DNA of 64,000 nt from Clostridia bacterium (GTDB lineage Bacteria; Bacillota; Clostridia; TANB77; CAG-508). Below, piece by piece: positions 45,049 through 55,277 of the stretch. The stretch spans positions 1,620 to 65,619 of the forward strand of contig JAFQQR010000044.1 of the NCBI GenBank assembly GCA_017410505.1, written 5' to 3'. A model generated the notes under the pieces. That model searched no databases and had not been told where the DNA came from. It saw nothing but the letters and a program-made list of their open reading frames with translations. Position 1 is the stretch's first letter, and each line of letters starts with the position of its first letter. The position numbers and the translations under genes were made by a program.

Positions 45049-45669
45049 CTATCTTATAAAATTAGTAGCTACTATTTTCTCATTTTCAGGCTCCTTTATC
45101 CCTGAATTTTTACCACACTCTATACACTTTAGCAACCACGCCATATTATTCCCCAAAGTCCTCATTGTTTGCATACCTTCTTCATCTTTTAAAACATCAT
45201 CTGGCTTACTTCCATGCACCATATTCCAATATTGAGATGTCACTATTGGCATATTATTCATAGCAAAATACTTATTTATTTGGTCAAATGTTGATGTTGC
45301 TCCACCTCTTCTACAACTCACAACACCTGCCGCAACTTTATTTTTAAATAAGTTTCTTCTTCCATAGAAAACTCTGTCCATAAATGAAGTAATTGCTCCA
45401 CTTCCAGATGCAAAATGTACAGGAGTTCCAAAAATAAATCCATCTGCATTTGTAACTTTTTTTAAAAACTCATTTACTTTATCATCTATAAAACATCTTC
45501 CTGTGTTTATACAAGATCCACAACCTCTACATCCTGATATTGGTTTGTTTCCTATCCAAAATTCTTCAGTTTCTATACCGTTTTTTTCTAATGTTCTCTT
45601 TACTTCTGTTAAAGCTGTGTACGTACATCCATTTTGATGTGGACTTCCATTTACTAATATAACTTTCAT
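45049..45669 (-). CDS. Flavodoxin-fold NAD(P)H-dependent FMN reductase / iron-sulfur flavoprotein-like protein
   Basis: 206 aa. MKVILVNGSPHQNGCTYTAL and the Cys cluster CRGCGSCINTGRC. Confidence 0.8.
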   Translation of the reverse strand: MKVILVNGSPHQNGCTYTALTEVKRTLEKNGIETEEFWIGNKPISGCRGCGSCINTGRCFIDDKVNEFLKKVTNADGFIFGTPVHFASGSGAITSFMDRVFYGRRNLFKNKVAAGVVSCRRGGATSTFDQINKYFAMNNMPIVTSQYWNMVHGSKPDDVLKDEEGMQTMRTLGNNMAWLLKCIECGKNSGIKEPENEKIVATNFIR

Positions 45670-45699
45670 AAATCTTCTCCTTTTGAAAATTTGGGATGG

Positions 45700-45764
45700 G
45701 GAATTGGGGACGTGTTAAAAATCCTTATTTAAAAAATGAGGATTTTTAACACGTCCCCAATTCC
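45700..45764. repeat. Perfect 26-bp inverted repeat (RE-2 family, two GGGGACG motifs) abutting the stop codon of gene 45766-46431
   Basis: ggaattggggacgtgttaaaaatcct-tatttaaaaaatg-aggatttttaacacgtccccaattcc. Confidence 0.9.
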
Positions 45765-45765
45765 T

Positions 45766-46431
45766 CTAAAATTTTTCTACAATCTCATTCTGATTTTTAT
45801 ATATACTATTTGCTTCAACTACTTTTCTTACAGAAGACAATGGATAAATATTACTATTTTTACCTATCACAGTACCCGGATTTAAAATAGAACCACACCC
45901 AACTTCTACTTCATCCCCTATCATTGCACCAAACTTCTTCAAACCAGTTTCTATTTTTTCTGTCCCATTTTTAACAACAACTAATTTTTTATCTGATTTC
46001 ACATTTGATGTTATAGAGCCAGCTCCCATATGAGATTTATACCCTAGTATTGAATCTCCAACATAATTATAATGAGGAACTTGAACTTTATTAAATAATA
46101 TAACATTTTTAAGTTCAGTTGAATTTCCAACAACTGCACCTTCACCTACTATCGCTTTTCCTCTTATAAATGCACAATGTCTTATTTCTGCATTTTTTCC
46201 TATTATTGCAGGTCCTTTTATATATGCAGTTGGTGCTACTGTTGCTGATTTCGCTATCCACACATCTTCCCCTATTTTTTCATATTCATTTTCATCTAAA
46301 GTATTACCTAGTTCAATTATAAAATCATTAATTTTAGGTAGCACTTCCCAAGGATATGTTACTCCCTCAAATATTTTTGCTGCTATTGTTTCTTCTAAAT
46401 TATATAAATTTTTTATTTTTACTTCTTCCAT
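45766..46431 (-). CDS. Hexapeptide-repeat (left-handed beta-helix) transferase-like protein
   Basis: 221 aa. Repeated [LIV]G-x4 hexads (IIGKNAEIRHCAFIRGKAIVGEGAVVGNSTELKNVILFN...). Confidence 0.7.
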   Translation of the reverse strand: MEEVKIKNLYNLEETIAAKIFEGVTYPWEVLPKINDFIIELGNTLDENEYEKIGEDVWIAKSATVAPTAYIKGPAIIGKNAEIRHCAFIRGKAIVGEGAVVGNSTELKNVILFNKVQVPHYNYVGDSILGYKSHMGAGSITSNVKSDKKLVVVKNGTEKIETGLKKFGAMIGDEVEVGCGSILNPGTVIGKNSNIYPLSSVRKVVEANSIYKNQNEIVEKF

Positions 46432-46662
46432 TATACTTTACTATCAAAAATTAGATTTTTGATAAATTCTCCTTTCTAAAAAATTTTATAAATTGTATAA
46501 TATACTAGTATATTATACAATATTAATACTATTATTACAAATATTTTTTAGCTGTTATCACACTTGCAATTTTATGTAAAATTTGATATAATACCCCTTG
46601 TAACTTTAATAGCAAATGCTATTTTCACATTAATTCAGCTGTGTACAGCAGAAAGGGATATT

Positions 46663-46920
46663 ATGTTTTTTTCTCGTAAAAAATCAAAAACTAAAACTTG
46701 CTCTTCTAATCTTGATCTTGTCTTTTTAGAAGAATTATCAAATGGTTCATTAATTTTTAAAATTATAGACTATGAGTATAATCCTGCCGGACATGTCGTT
46801 GTCACCCCTAAGCTTGATATTGCGATTATTAAAAGTGGTGTATATACATTTGATAAAGTTGACCGAGAACATTTAACAAAGCAGGCAGAATTATTTTATC
46901 GAGCAGCTAATAGATTTTAG
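46663..46920 (+). CDS. Hypothetical protein (85 aa from the ATG at 46663)
   Basis: RBS GAAAGGGA at 46651-46658. The upstream part of the track ORF, from 46564, lacks an RBS. Confidence 0.4.
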   Translation: MFFSRKKSKTKTCSSNLDLVFLEELSNGSLIFKIIDYEYNPAGHVVVTPKLDIAIIKSGVYTFDKVDREHLTKQAELFYRAANRF

Positions 46921-46928
46921 TTACAAAC

Positions 46929-46966
46929 AAAACCAAAGGTATTTACCAATTCCTTTGGTTTTATTT
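46929..46966 (+). terminator. Rho-independent terminator
   Basis: aaaaccaaagg-tatttaccaatt-cctttggtttt. Confidence 0.75.
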
Positions 46967-46971
46967 GTAAT

Positions 46972-47191
46972 GCAATCGCTTAAAATTAATGATTACTGAA
47001 AAGTCAGATCCGAGGGGTATATATATTATTTTTGAAGTGAGCTTGTGGGGGGACCGGCAACTTACAGTATGTTATAGAATGAAACATAGTGGAATTCTAT
47101 TACATACTGTTAGGCAGTTGGGACGAACGAAAAATAATATATATACCCCTCAGATCTGACTTTTCAGTAATCATTAATTTTAAGCGATTGC
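46972..47191. repeat. Long nested palindrome E4 with outer arms of about 61 bp (one mismatch) and an inner 17-bp stem
   Basis: Arm gcaatcgcttaaaattaatgattactgaaaagtcagatccgaggggtatatatattatttt and its reverse complement at 47131-47191. Inner stem acagtatgttatagaat / attctattacatactgt. Confidence 0.9.
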
Positions 47192-47239
47192 CTTATTTTA
47201 TTTGATTTTCCTTTTAAATTTTGTTATACTATTTTCATT

Positions 47240-48157
47240 ATGAAAAATGAAGAAAGATATAACCATTTAAACAAATATTTAAAAGAAAAATTCGGAGAAA
47301 GAACCTTAAAAATATGCATAGACGGTGGATTCACATGTCCAAACAGAAATGGCACCATTAGTACAAACGGATGTATCTTCTGCAGTGAGAAAGGTTCTGG
47401 AGATCTTATAAAATATAATAAAGATATTAGTAAGCAAGTAATCGACTATTTTTCAAGTTACAGAAGTGAAAGAGCAAACAAATTTATTGCTTATTTTCAA
47501 AATTTTACAAACACATATGATTCAATTCCAAATTTAAAATCAAAATATGATTCAGCCTTAATCGACGATAGAATTGTTGGCTTAGAAATCGCAACACGTC
47601 CAGATTGTATAAATGAAGATATTTGTAAATTATTAAAAAGCTATTCTGATAAATACTATGTATGTGTTGAATTAGGATTACAAACTTCTAATGATAAGAC
47701 AGGAGCTTTAATAAATCGAGGCTATTCAAGTAATCAATTTACCGATGCCGTTAAGCTTTTGAATAAATATAATATTGATATTGTTGCACATATTATGGTT
47801 GGACTTCCTGAAGAAAATTTTGATGATGTAAAATCAAGTGTGGATTTTATAAATACTCATCATATTCAAGGAATAAAAATACACTCTACTTATGTTATTA
47901 AAAATACAGTTTTAGCAGATATGTATTTTAATGGAGATTATACCCCTATCACTTTAGATTATTATTTAAATGCTCTTACATTTATAATTACACACATCTC
48001 CCCTGAGATTGTAATTCATAGAATTTCAGGAGATGCTCCTAAAGATTTACTAATTGCACCTGAGTGGAATTTGCATAAAAAGTGGGTACTAAATGGGTTT
48101 GATAAAATTTTGAGAGAAAATGATTTATGGCAAGGAAAATATTATAAAAAGAAGTAG
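47240..48157 (+). CDS. TIGR01212-family radical SAM protein (YhcC-like)
   Basis: 305 aa. CIDGGFTCPNRNGTISTNGCIFCS (CxxxCxxC-like cluster region), VELGLQT, HIMVGLPEE. Confidence 0.85.
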   Translation: MKNEERYNHLNKYLKEKFGERTLKICIDGGFTCPNRNGTISTNGCIFCSEKGSGDLIKYNKDISKQVIDYFSSYRSERANKFIAYFQNFTNTYDSIPNLKSKYDSALIDDRIVGLEIATRPDCINEDICKLLKSYSDKYYVCVELGLQTSNDKTGALINRGYSSNQFTDAVKLLNKYNIDIVAHIMVGLPEENFDDVKSSVDFINTHHIQGIKIHSTYVIKNTVLADMYFNGDYTPITLDYYLNALTFIITHISPEIVIHRISGDAPKDLLIAPEWNLHKKWVLNGFDKILRENDLWQGKYYKKK

Positions 48158-48186
48158 TAACTATTATTTAAAGTTACTACTTTTTG
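48154..48186. terminator. Bidirectional terminator between convergent genes
   Basis: gtagtaact-attatttaa-agttactac followed by tttttg. Confidence 0.75.
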
Positions 48187-48193
48187 TTTCATT

Positions 48194-51100
48194 TTATCGA
48201 TATAAGTTTAAATCTTCTATTTTATATATTTTAAACGTCTCTTTTATTGACATGAAATCTTTTGTACCATTTTGTGCATAATAATAAATCAATAATTTAT
48301 TATTATCTCCACTAGAAATAGTTTTTCGCACATACTTATTAGCGGATTTTCTACCATTAACATCATCTTCATCTATATAATAATTTTTTACTACATTATA
48401 TGAATAAAATTTATCTTTCTCCATACCTATTCTAAATCTTGTATCCATTTTAAATGTTATTAAATAAGTTGAATCTTTATCAATACTCATATAAATAGAT
48501 CGATTATCTGTCTGTGTGCTATTATCTACTAGATTTATTTCTTGAATTTTTTGATTACTGTATGATATATCAGTTGCAGCATCTTTTGCCTCTATATTAA
48601 ATACACTTTTAGATATTTTATACCATCCAGCATACACGTTTGTAGAGGTATTTATATTATCAAAATCGGCTAATTGTGTTAGATTTTGATCCATGTACCA
48701 TCCGGCAAATGCATATCCTTCTCTTGTAGGGATTTGAGATTCATCTGCTGGATCATATCTATCTAAGTCAATTTCTCTTAATAATATTTCTCCATCATAA
48801 AATTTTATTTTTTTACTTTCTTCCATTTTTGCATAAAGAACCATAGAATTATATACATTTGTTCCATTAGAAAAACTATTTTTAAATTCTTTATCTGTAT
48901 ACCAATCTACAAGGGTCAATCCCTGTTCATCATAAATATAATTATGTGGATAATTATTTCTAATTGTTACTTCATTTACCAATTTATCATTATAAACATA
49001 TTTTATTGTATGCTCTTTATTTTTTTCATGATTCAATAATGATTTATCATATGGCGGATCTATTTTTTCGTATCCATAACATCCGCTAGCTATCCAAAGT
49101 TCTCCTGTTTTAGGATCTACCCTTATTGTTTGAACTTCATATCCACCCTGATTATTTGCTATTGATGGGAATTTTTCATTATTTGATGTTGTTAGTACAC
49201 TCCAATTTTCTCCTCCATCAATACTTCTAAGCAATCCTGTAGCTGTAGAAAAGTAATTTCCAGCTCCTCCAACATATATTACTGATGTTGAATTTGGATC
49301 AATTGCAATACTTTTGTAATTCATCACTCCTGTTGAATCTGTTGGCAGTGTTATTTTCTTTTTGGTTTTATTATTTATATCATACTTATATAAATATGTT
49401 GACTTTGAACCGCCAAGTATAAGTTGCTTGGATTAATGTATACATATTATTATTTACTTGATCATATGCTAAATCTATAATATATTCTCTTGCAATATTA
49501 CTATCTGTATTCCAATGTCCTGTAGACAGCTCTGTCCACGTATCTCCATTGTCGTATGACACTACTAAATTTCCACTTTCATTTCCACCATATAGTTCTT
49601 TTTTTCCTTCATAATTGAATGTAAATACACTTGTACATCCATTCATTTTATTCCAAGTATATCCCTTATCTTTAGAGTAATATTCTGCTGCAAACAAAAC
49701 ATTTGGATTAGTAATTGATTGCAGAGAAGAATAATAAGTTGTTTCTGATACACCAGATACACTGAGTCCTGTATCTACCCATGTATCTCCTCCATCATGA
49801 GTATATGTTAAGGTTCCTCCATACCAGCTTTTATTTGCAAATCCATAAATAGTATTTTCATCAACTGCGAATCCTCCATATAAATTTCCTTTTCCTAGTA
49901 TATTAATTCTTGAATATGTTTCTCCTCCATCTGTTGATATTACTCCTGTATAATCTTGTGCTGAAAAAAATAATAAATTATTATCATAATAGTTAAAATT
50001 AAATCTTCCCCCTTGCATCAAATTTGATATTCCACTTACTTGAATAAAATTTTTTCCTCCATCGCTACTTCTCATAAGTGTATCAGCTCCAAATGTTATT
50101 ACATTATTATCATCACTAGGATCTATTATATAAGTTTTTTCCCTACTTAACCAGCTAGATTTATAAAATGTTGTATTATTATTGGCTATAGCCGTTTGCC
50201 AAGTCTTTCCTCCGTCAAATGATACTGATGTATCATTTACATAGTAGCTTTTTACATTTCTTCTATATTGAATAACAATATGATTAGGATTACTCTTCGA
50301 AACCTCTACGAATTGAGGCCATCTACTACTTCGATAATTTTCATTGGTTATTTTTGTCAATTCCCCATTTATTAAAGTATATATTCCATCCCATGTCTGT
50401 GCATATATAGTATTTCCGACTACGTCCAGCCCAGTAATTCCTTTCGAATAATCTACACTAGGGTCATTTTGTAAATAAGTTTCTTTTATTTCATATGTTT
50501 CTTTGTTTATTAAGAACAAACCATATTGATTCCCTATATAGATTTCTCCATTATCAGTTATTTTAACTATTCCATCTGCTAATTTGGCGTCATTTATAAT
50601 AAGTGTAAATGTTTCTCCACCATCACTGGACTTATATAGTCCTACCTCATTTTCTTTTAACTGACTTTTTGTTTCAACCTCTACTTGGGGGTCTACTCTA
50701 ATATCTGTATCTCTTTTATATGGTATAGAAAAATATACATCCATACTGTATCCTGTTTGACTATCATAACTTGTAGGATCAAATTCTAACCCATCCCATA
50801 AATATCTATATCCATATGTAGAAAAATTTTGTGTTTTTTTCCATGTTTCTGCCATATTATAACTTACATGCATACCACCTATTGAGTCTTTAAGACTACT
50901 TCCTAGCGCAAGAACATGATTTGTGTTATGTGGATCTATTGCAAACATTTCAACTCCTCTGGATACTATCCCACTATTTGCAGTCACCCATGTTTTTCCA
51001 TGATCTGTTGATTTATACATTCCTGCAACATCTATACCATAAAGCATTAAGCTTCCTTCATTTGATGATTCTAATCCTACAGGCCATTGACTTCCAGCAC

Positions 51101-52226
51101 CTGTAATTCCATATTCAGTCATAGCTTTATTTGCCATTAAAATTCTATCATATGTAACATTATTATTTTGTGGTGTAATTTGCTCAAAAGTATATCCTGG
51201 AAAACTAGTATCAGATACTGTTATTTCTTTTTCTTCTTTATCATTATAAACATATTTTACTAATAAAGATAAGTCTGTTAGGTTTATTATCTTATTATTA
51301 TTCATGTCAGCTATATTGGAATATTCGATAGTTTTTAGCTCAATTAATATTTCTTCCAATATATTTACATCTAGATAATCTATTTGTCCATCTTTATTTA
51401 TATCTCCAGCTTCTGTCGAATTTGCAAATGTGTAAATTTGTTTTATAGATATACTTATAATTAATAATATTATCATTGCAAGTATATTTCTATTTATTTT
51501 TTTATTTTTTATATAAATCACTATTTCAATTGCAATCATAATTATAATTGCATATACAATTATATTACTTTTTCCTGTGTTTGGTAAAATTTTATCTGAT
51601 ATATTTTCTTCTTCAATTATATTATTAATTAAATTCTCTTTTTCTATTTCTTGTATTTTACTTTCATTTTCATTGTTTTGTTCTAATTCATTATTTTCTG
51701 CATTAGTATTATTTTTATTATCTGCGCTAATATTTTCACTCTGTTCTGTTTTATACACATTTATTTTAAGTTCTAATTGTTCTGAAGAAATATCACTTTC
51801 ACCATATGATGTTGTTATATCTTTTATTTTTATTATAGTATCTCCTAAATTTGCATCTGTTTTGACTTTAAAATGTATTTGCAATATATCTTCCGCTTCT
51901 TTACTTCCTTCTTTTTTTATTGTTATTAATTGTCCATTTTCTTTATTATATTTAAAATCAGTCCATGAATTTAAACAATAAAAATTATTTTCGTCTATCT
52001 CTTCAAAAATAGATTTATCATAATCTATTTTTGCTTTATATGTATTTATTTCATCTTCCATATCAGTATATTCTGCTGTACCTATATTTACAATTAATTC
52101 ATCATTTTCCTTTACTTTTTGTTTATCACTTTCTATATCAAATTTAATAATTGAATTTGCATTTACCTTTGTAAATGACATTATTATAATTATTAGTAGT
52201 AGTATAAAAATTAATCTTTTCTTCAT
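48194..52226 (-). pseudogene. Surface protein of about 1343 aa. Domain order: signal peptide, cohesin-like module, LPNTG sortase signal with TM and basic stop-transfer, second signal-peptide-like helix, type I dockerin, BNR/Asp-box beta-propellers (GH74/sortilin-like), then Listeria-Bacteroides repeats. It is split by a +1 frameshift at in-frame CGG (complement 49410-49412).
   Basis: ORF 49386-52226 ends ..IQATYTW-R-FKVNIFI*. Skipping C49412 gives ..TYTW-G-SKSTYLYKYDINNKTKKKITLPTDSTGVMNYKSIAIDPNS.., which is ORF 48194-49327 (49411-49327=84). LPNTG lies at aa 214-218. The dockerin is GDINKDGQIDYLDVNIL...ADMNNNKIINLTDLSLL. There are about 10 SxDxGxTW boxes. The C-terminal repeats include YAFAGWYMDQNL..NVYAGWY. 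Confidence 0.8.
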
Positions 52227-52388
52227 TTCTTCCTCCCTTTACTATGTCATTTTCTTTATATTACCATAAAATAAAAATATTGTAAATTCACAATATTCCT
52301 TTTAATTTACTCAATGAAATAACCTAAATTCTTGATTTTTTCTATATAAGTTGATATAATTCGCAGTATTGAAGAAAAGAGGTTATAA

Positions 52389-54596
52389 ATGGAAAATGCA
52401 CAAAATTTATTAAAAAAATACTTTGGATATGAAAGTTTTAGACCTGGTCAAGATCAAATAATAAGTCATATCTTAGATGGAGAGGACTGTTTAGGCATAA
52501 TGCCAACAGGTGCTGGAAAATCAGTATGTTATCAAATCCCAGCAATGCTTTTACCTGGTGTAACAATTGTAATTTCTCCTCTTATATCACTTATGAAGGA
52601 CCAAGTTGATGGTTTAAATGAAATTGGAATTCCTGCAACATATATAAATAGTACTCTTACAGATTCAGAGTATTCACAAACAATTGAAAATATTTTATAT
52701 AATGTTTATAAAATAATTTATGTAGCACCAGAAAGATTAAATTCAGACACCTTTATAAATCTTTTAAATAGATTAGATGTTTCTATGATTACAATAGATG
52801 AAGCTCACTGCGTTTCTCAATGGGGACATGATTTTAGACCAAGCTACAGAGAAATTGCTAATGTTATTTTAAATTTAAAAAAGCGTCCTATTGTATCAGC
52901 ATTTACTGCTACAGCAACACAAATTGTAAAAGATGATATTATAAATTTATTACATTTATCTAACCCATTTACTTTAACAACAGGATTTGATAGAAAAAAT
53001 CTAAACTTTTGTGTTGAAATTCCTGAAAGTAAAAAAGATTTTATTATAGATTTTATAGAAAAAAACTCTAAAGATTCAGGTATAATTTATTGTCTAACCA
53101 GAAAAACAGTTGATAATTTATATGAAGGACTGCTTAATTTAGGTTATAATGTTTCAAAATATCATGGTGGGATGAGCGAAAATGCTAGAACAAAATCACA
53201 AGAAGATTTTACATATGATAGAACTCAGATAATGGTAGCAACAAACGCATTTGGTATGGGAATTGATAAATCTAATATAAGATATGTAATTCACTATAAT
53301 ATGCCAAAGGATTTAGAAAGTTATTATCAAGAAGCTGGTCGTGCTGGTCGTGATGGTGATAATTCTAAATGTATTTTACTTTTTAGTAGAGCTGATATTG
53401 TTACAAATAAATTTTTAATAGAACAAACAACTTCTGACTCTAATCATAAAATTGAATATGATAAATTAAATGATATTATTGATTATTGCAATACAGACAA
53501 ATGTCTTAGAAAATATATTTTAGAATATTTTGATGAAACTCCAACATTTGATGATTGTAATAATTGTAGCAATTGCTTATCTGAAATAGAAACAACTGAT
53601 ATAACACTTGACTCTAAAAAAATATTATCATGTATAAAAAGAATGAATGAGAGATTTGGTTCAGGCTTAGTTACAGATGTTTTAAAAGGTTCAAAATCTG
53701 CAAAAATAAAATCATTTGGTTTTGATAATTTATCAACTTATGGAATTATGAGTGAATATACAAAAGACACAATAAAAGATTTAATTTATTTTTTAATTAC
53801 TGAAGGCTATATTAAATGTGTTGGAGATAAATATCCTATTTTAGTTTTAGATAATTCTGCTAATGATATTTTGTTTAAGGACAAGCAGGTTTTAATAAAG
53901 AGAAAAATTGAGAAAATTATTCCTAAAAATGTTGCGACAAATTCTAAAGAAGAACTTGACTATGATAATAATTTATTCGAAATTTTACGAAGTCTTAGAA
54001 AAGAGATTGCTGAAATTAATGGTATCCCGCCATTTATTGTGTTTACAGATGTTTCTTTAAAAGAAATGTCCACATATTTCCCAACAAATGTGGAAAATAT
54101 GCTTGAAATAAGCGGTGTTGGTGTTAATAAATTGGAGAAGTATGGTAATATTTTTATAGAAACTATTAATAAATATGTTGTAGAGAATAATATCGAAGTT
54201 CAAGGAAGAAAGGTTAAAAATTCTAAAGATTCTTTAGTTTCAGATTCAATTTCTGATGATACTGAATCTAAAAATGCTCCTGCTAAGGTTAAGGAAGATA
54301 CTCGCGTTGTTTCTTATAATTTATATAAAGATGGGAATTCTATTGATGAGATTTCGAAAGTTCGTGGTTTGAAAAGACAGACTATTGAGGGACATCTTGT
54401 TAAGTGTTATGAACTTGGAATGGATGTTGATTTGGAGAAGGATATTCATGTTGAGTTTGAGGGGATTATTTTTGATGCTATTGATAATCTTGGGTTTGAT
54501 AAGTTGCGTCCTTTGAAGGATTTTCTTCCTAGTGATGTTAGTTATTTGGATATTAATTATTTTGTTGTGAAATATAAAAAAAATCGATTGTTATAA
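52389..54596 (+). CDS. recQ: ATP-dependent DNA helicase RecQ (with RQC, HRDC and an extra C-terminal HTH-like domain)
   Basis: 735 aa. FGYESFRPGQ, MPTGAGKS, DEAHCVSQWGHDFR, QEAGRAGRDG. Confidence 0.95.
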   Translation: MENAQNLLKKYFGYESFRPGQDQIISHILDGEDCLGIMPTGAGKSVCYQIPAMLLPGVTIVISPLISLMKDQVDGLNEIGIPATYINSTLTDSEYSQTIENILYNVYKIIYVAPERLNSDTFINLLNRLDVSMITIDEAHCVSQWGHDFRPSYREIANVILNLKKRPIVSAFTATATQIVKDDIINLLHLSNPFTLTTGFDRKNLNFCVEIPESKKDFIIDFIEKNSKDSGIIYCLTRKTVDNLYEGLLNLGYNVSKYHGGMSENARTKSQEDFTYDRTQIMVATNAFGMGIDKSNIRYVIHYNMPKDLESYYQEAGRAGRDGDNSKCILLFSRADIVTNKFLIEQTTSDSNHKIEYDKLNDIIDYCNTDKCLRKYILEYFDETPTFDDCNNCSNCLSEIETTDITLDSKKILSCIKRMNERFGSGLVTDVLKGSKSAKIKSFGFDNLSTYGIMSEYTKDTIKDLIYFLITEGYIKCVGDKYPILVLDNSANDILFKDKQVLIKRKIEKIIPKNVATNSKEELDYDNNLFEILRSLRKEIAEINGIPPFIVFTDVSLKEMSTYFPTNVENMLEISGVGVNKLEKYGNIFIETINKYVVENNIEVQGRKVKNSKDSLVSDSISDDTESKNAPAKVKEDTRVVSYNLYKDGNSIDEISKVRGLKRQTIEGHLVKCYELGMDVDLEKDIHVEFEGIIFDAIDNLGFDKLRPLKDFLPSDVSYLDINYFVVKYKKNRLL

Positions 54597-54607
54597 AAGG
54601 TATCGGT

Positions 54608-54687
54608 GGACATCTTCTGCTCTTATATACACAATATTCTTACCTTAAAGGGTGGGAGATATTGCGTATATAAAAGCAGAAGATGTC
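54608..54687. terminator. Long imperfect hairpin (arms of about 29 bp) between convergent recQ and the phosphoesterase gene
   Basis: ggacatcttctgctcttatatacacaatat ... atattgcgtatataaaagcagaagatgtc. Confidence 0.7.
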
Positions 54688-54723
54688 TAGTGAATTTAAG
54701 TACTTTTCTATTTTGTTTTTTTA

Positions 54724-55263
54724 TTATTTAATGTTTAGTTCTTGTAGTGTTTTTCCGTCTATATTTTTTAATGTGATTTTGTTTTCTTCTAATATTAAGT
54801 AGCTATGTTCTGTGTTGCATTTTGGTAGTGATATTGAACCTGGATTTGCGAAGATGTATCCTTCTTTTTCTTGTATGAATCCTTGGTGTATGTGCCCATA
54901 TATTAGTATTTCGAAGTCCTCATATGGTATGTTTTCTATGTTGTATTTATGTCCGTGTGTGAAGTAGATTTTTTTGTCGTTTATTTCTATTAGTATGTGG
55001 TCTTCGAATTTGAATTCTGATATCATTTCGTCTACTTCTGCATCGCAGTTTCCTTTTACTACTGATAATTTGTCTTTTAATGAGTTTAGAATTTGTGCGA
55101 CTTTCATTGGTCCATATTCTTGGCTTAGCTCGTTTCTTGGCCCGTGGTAATATATATCTCCTAATAAGATAATTTTGTCTGGTTGTTCTTTTTCATTTAT
55201 TTCTTTTATTTTTTCTGCATAGTATCCAGAACCGTGAATATCTGATATTACTAAGACTTTCAT
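54724..55263 (-). CDS. YfcE/MJ0936-family metallophosphoesterase
   Basis: MKVLVISDIHGS, GDIYYHG, GNCD, THGH, GHIH. RBS AAGGAGG before the ATG at 55263. Confidence 0.85.
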   Translation of the reverse strand: MKVLVISDIHGSGYYAEKIKEINEKEQPDKIILLGDIYYHGPRNELSQEYGPMKVAQILNSLKDKLSVVKGNCDAEVDEMISEFKFEDHILIEINDKKIYFTHGHKYNIENIPYEDFEILIYGHIHQGFIQEKEGYIFANPGSISLPKCNTEHSYLILEENKITLKNIDGKTLQELNIK

Positions 55264-55277
55264 CGTTTCCTCCTTTT

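Noticed and set aside
42105-47239. Interpretation of the palindrome-separated genes as an integron cassette array
   Set aside because: The genes are in mixed orientation. No intI integrase or attI is present. The hairpins lack recognisable R''/R' (RYYYAAC/GTTRRRY) core sites. The pattern is kept only as a descriptive observation.
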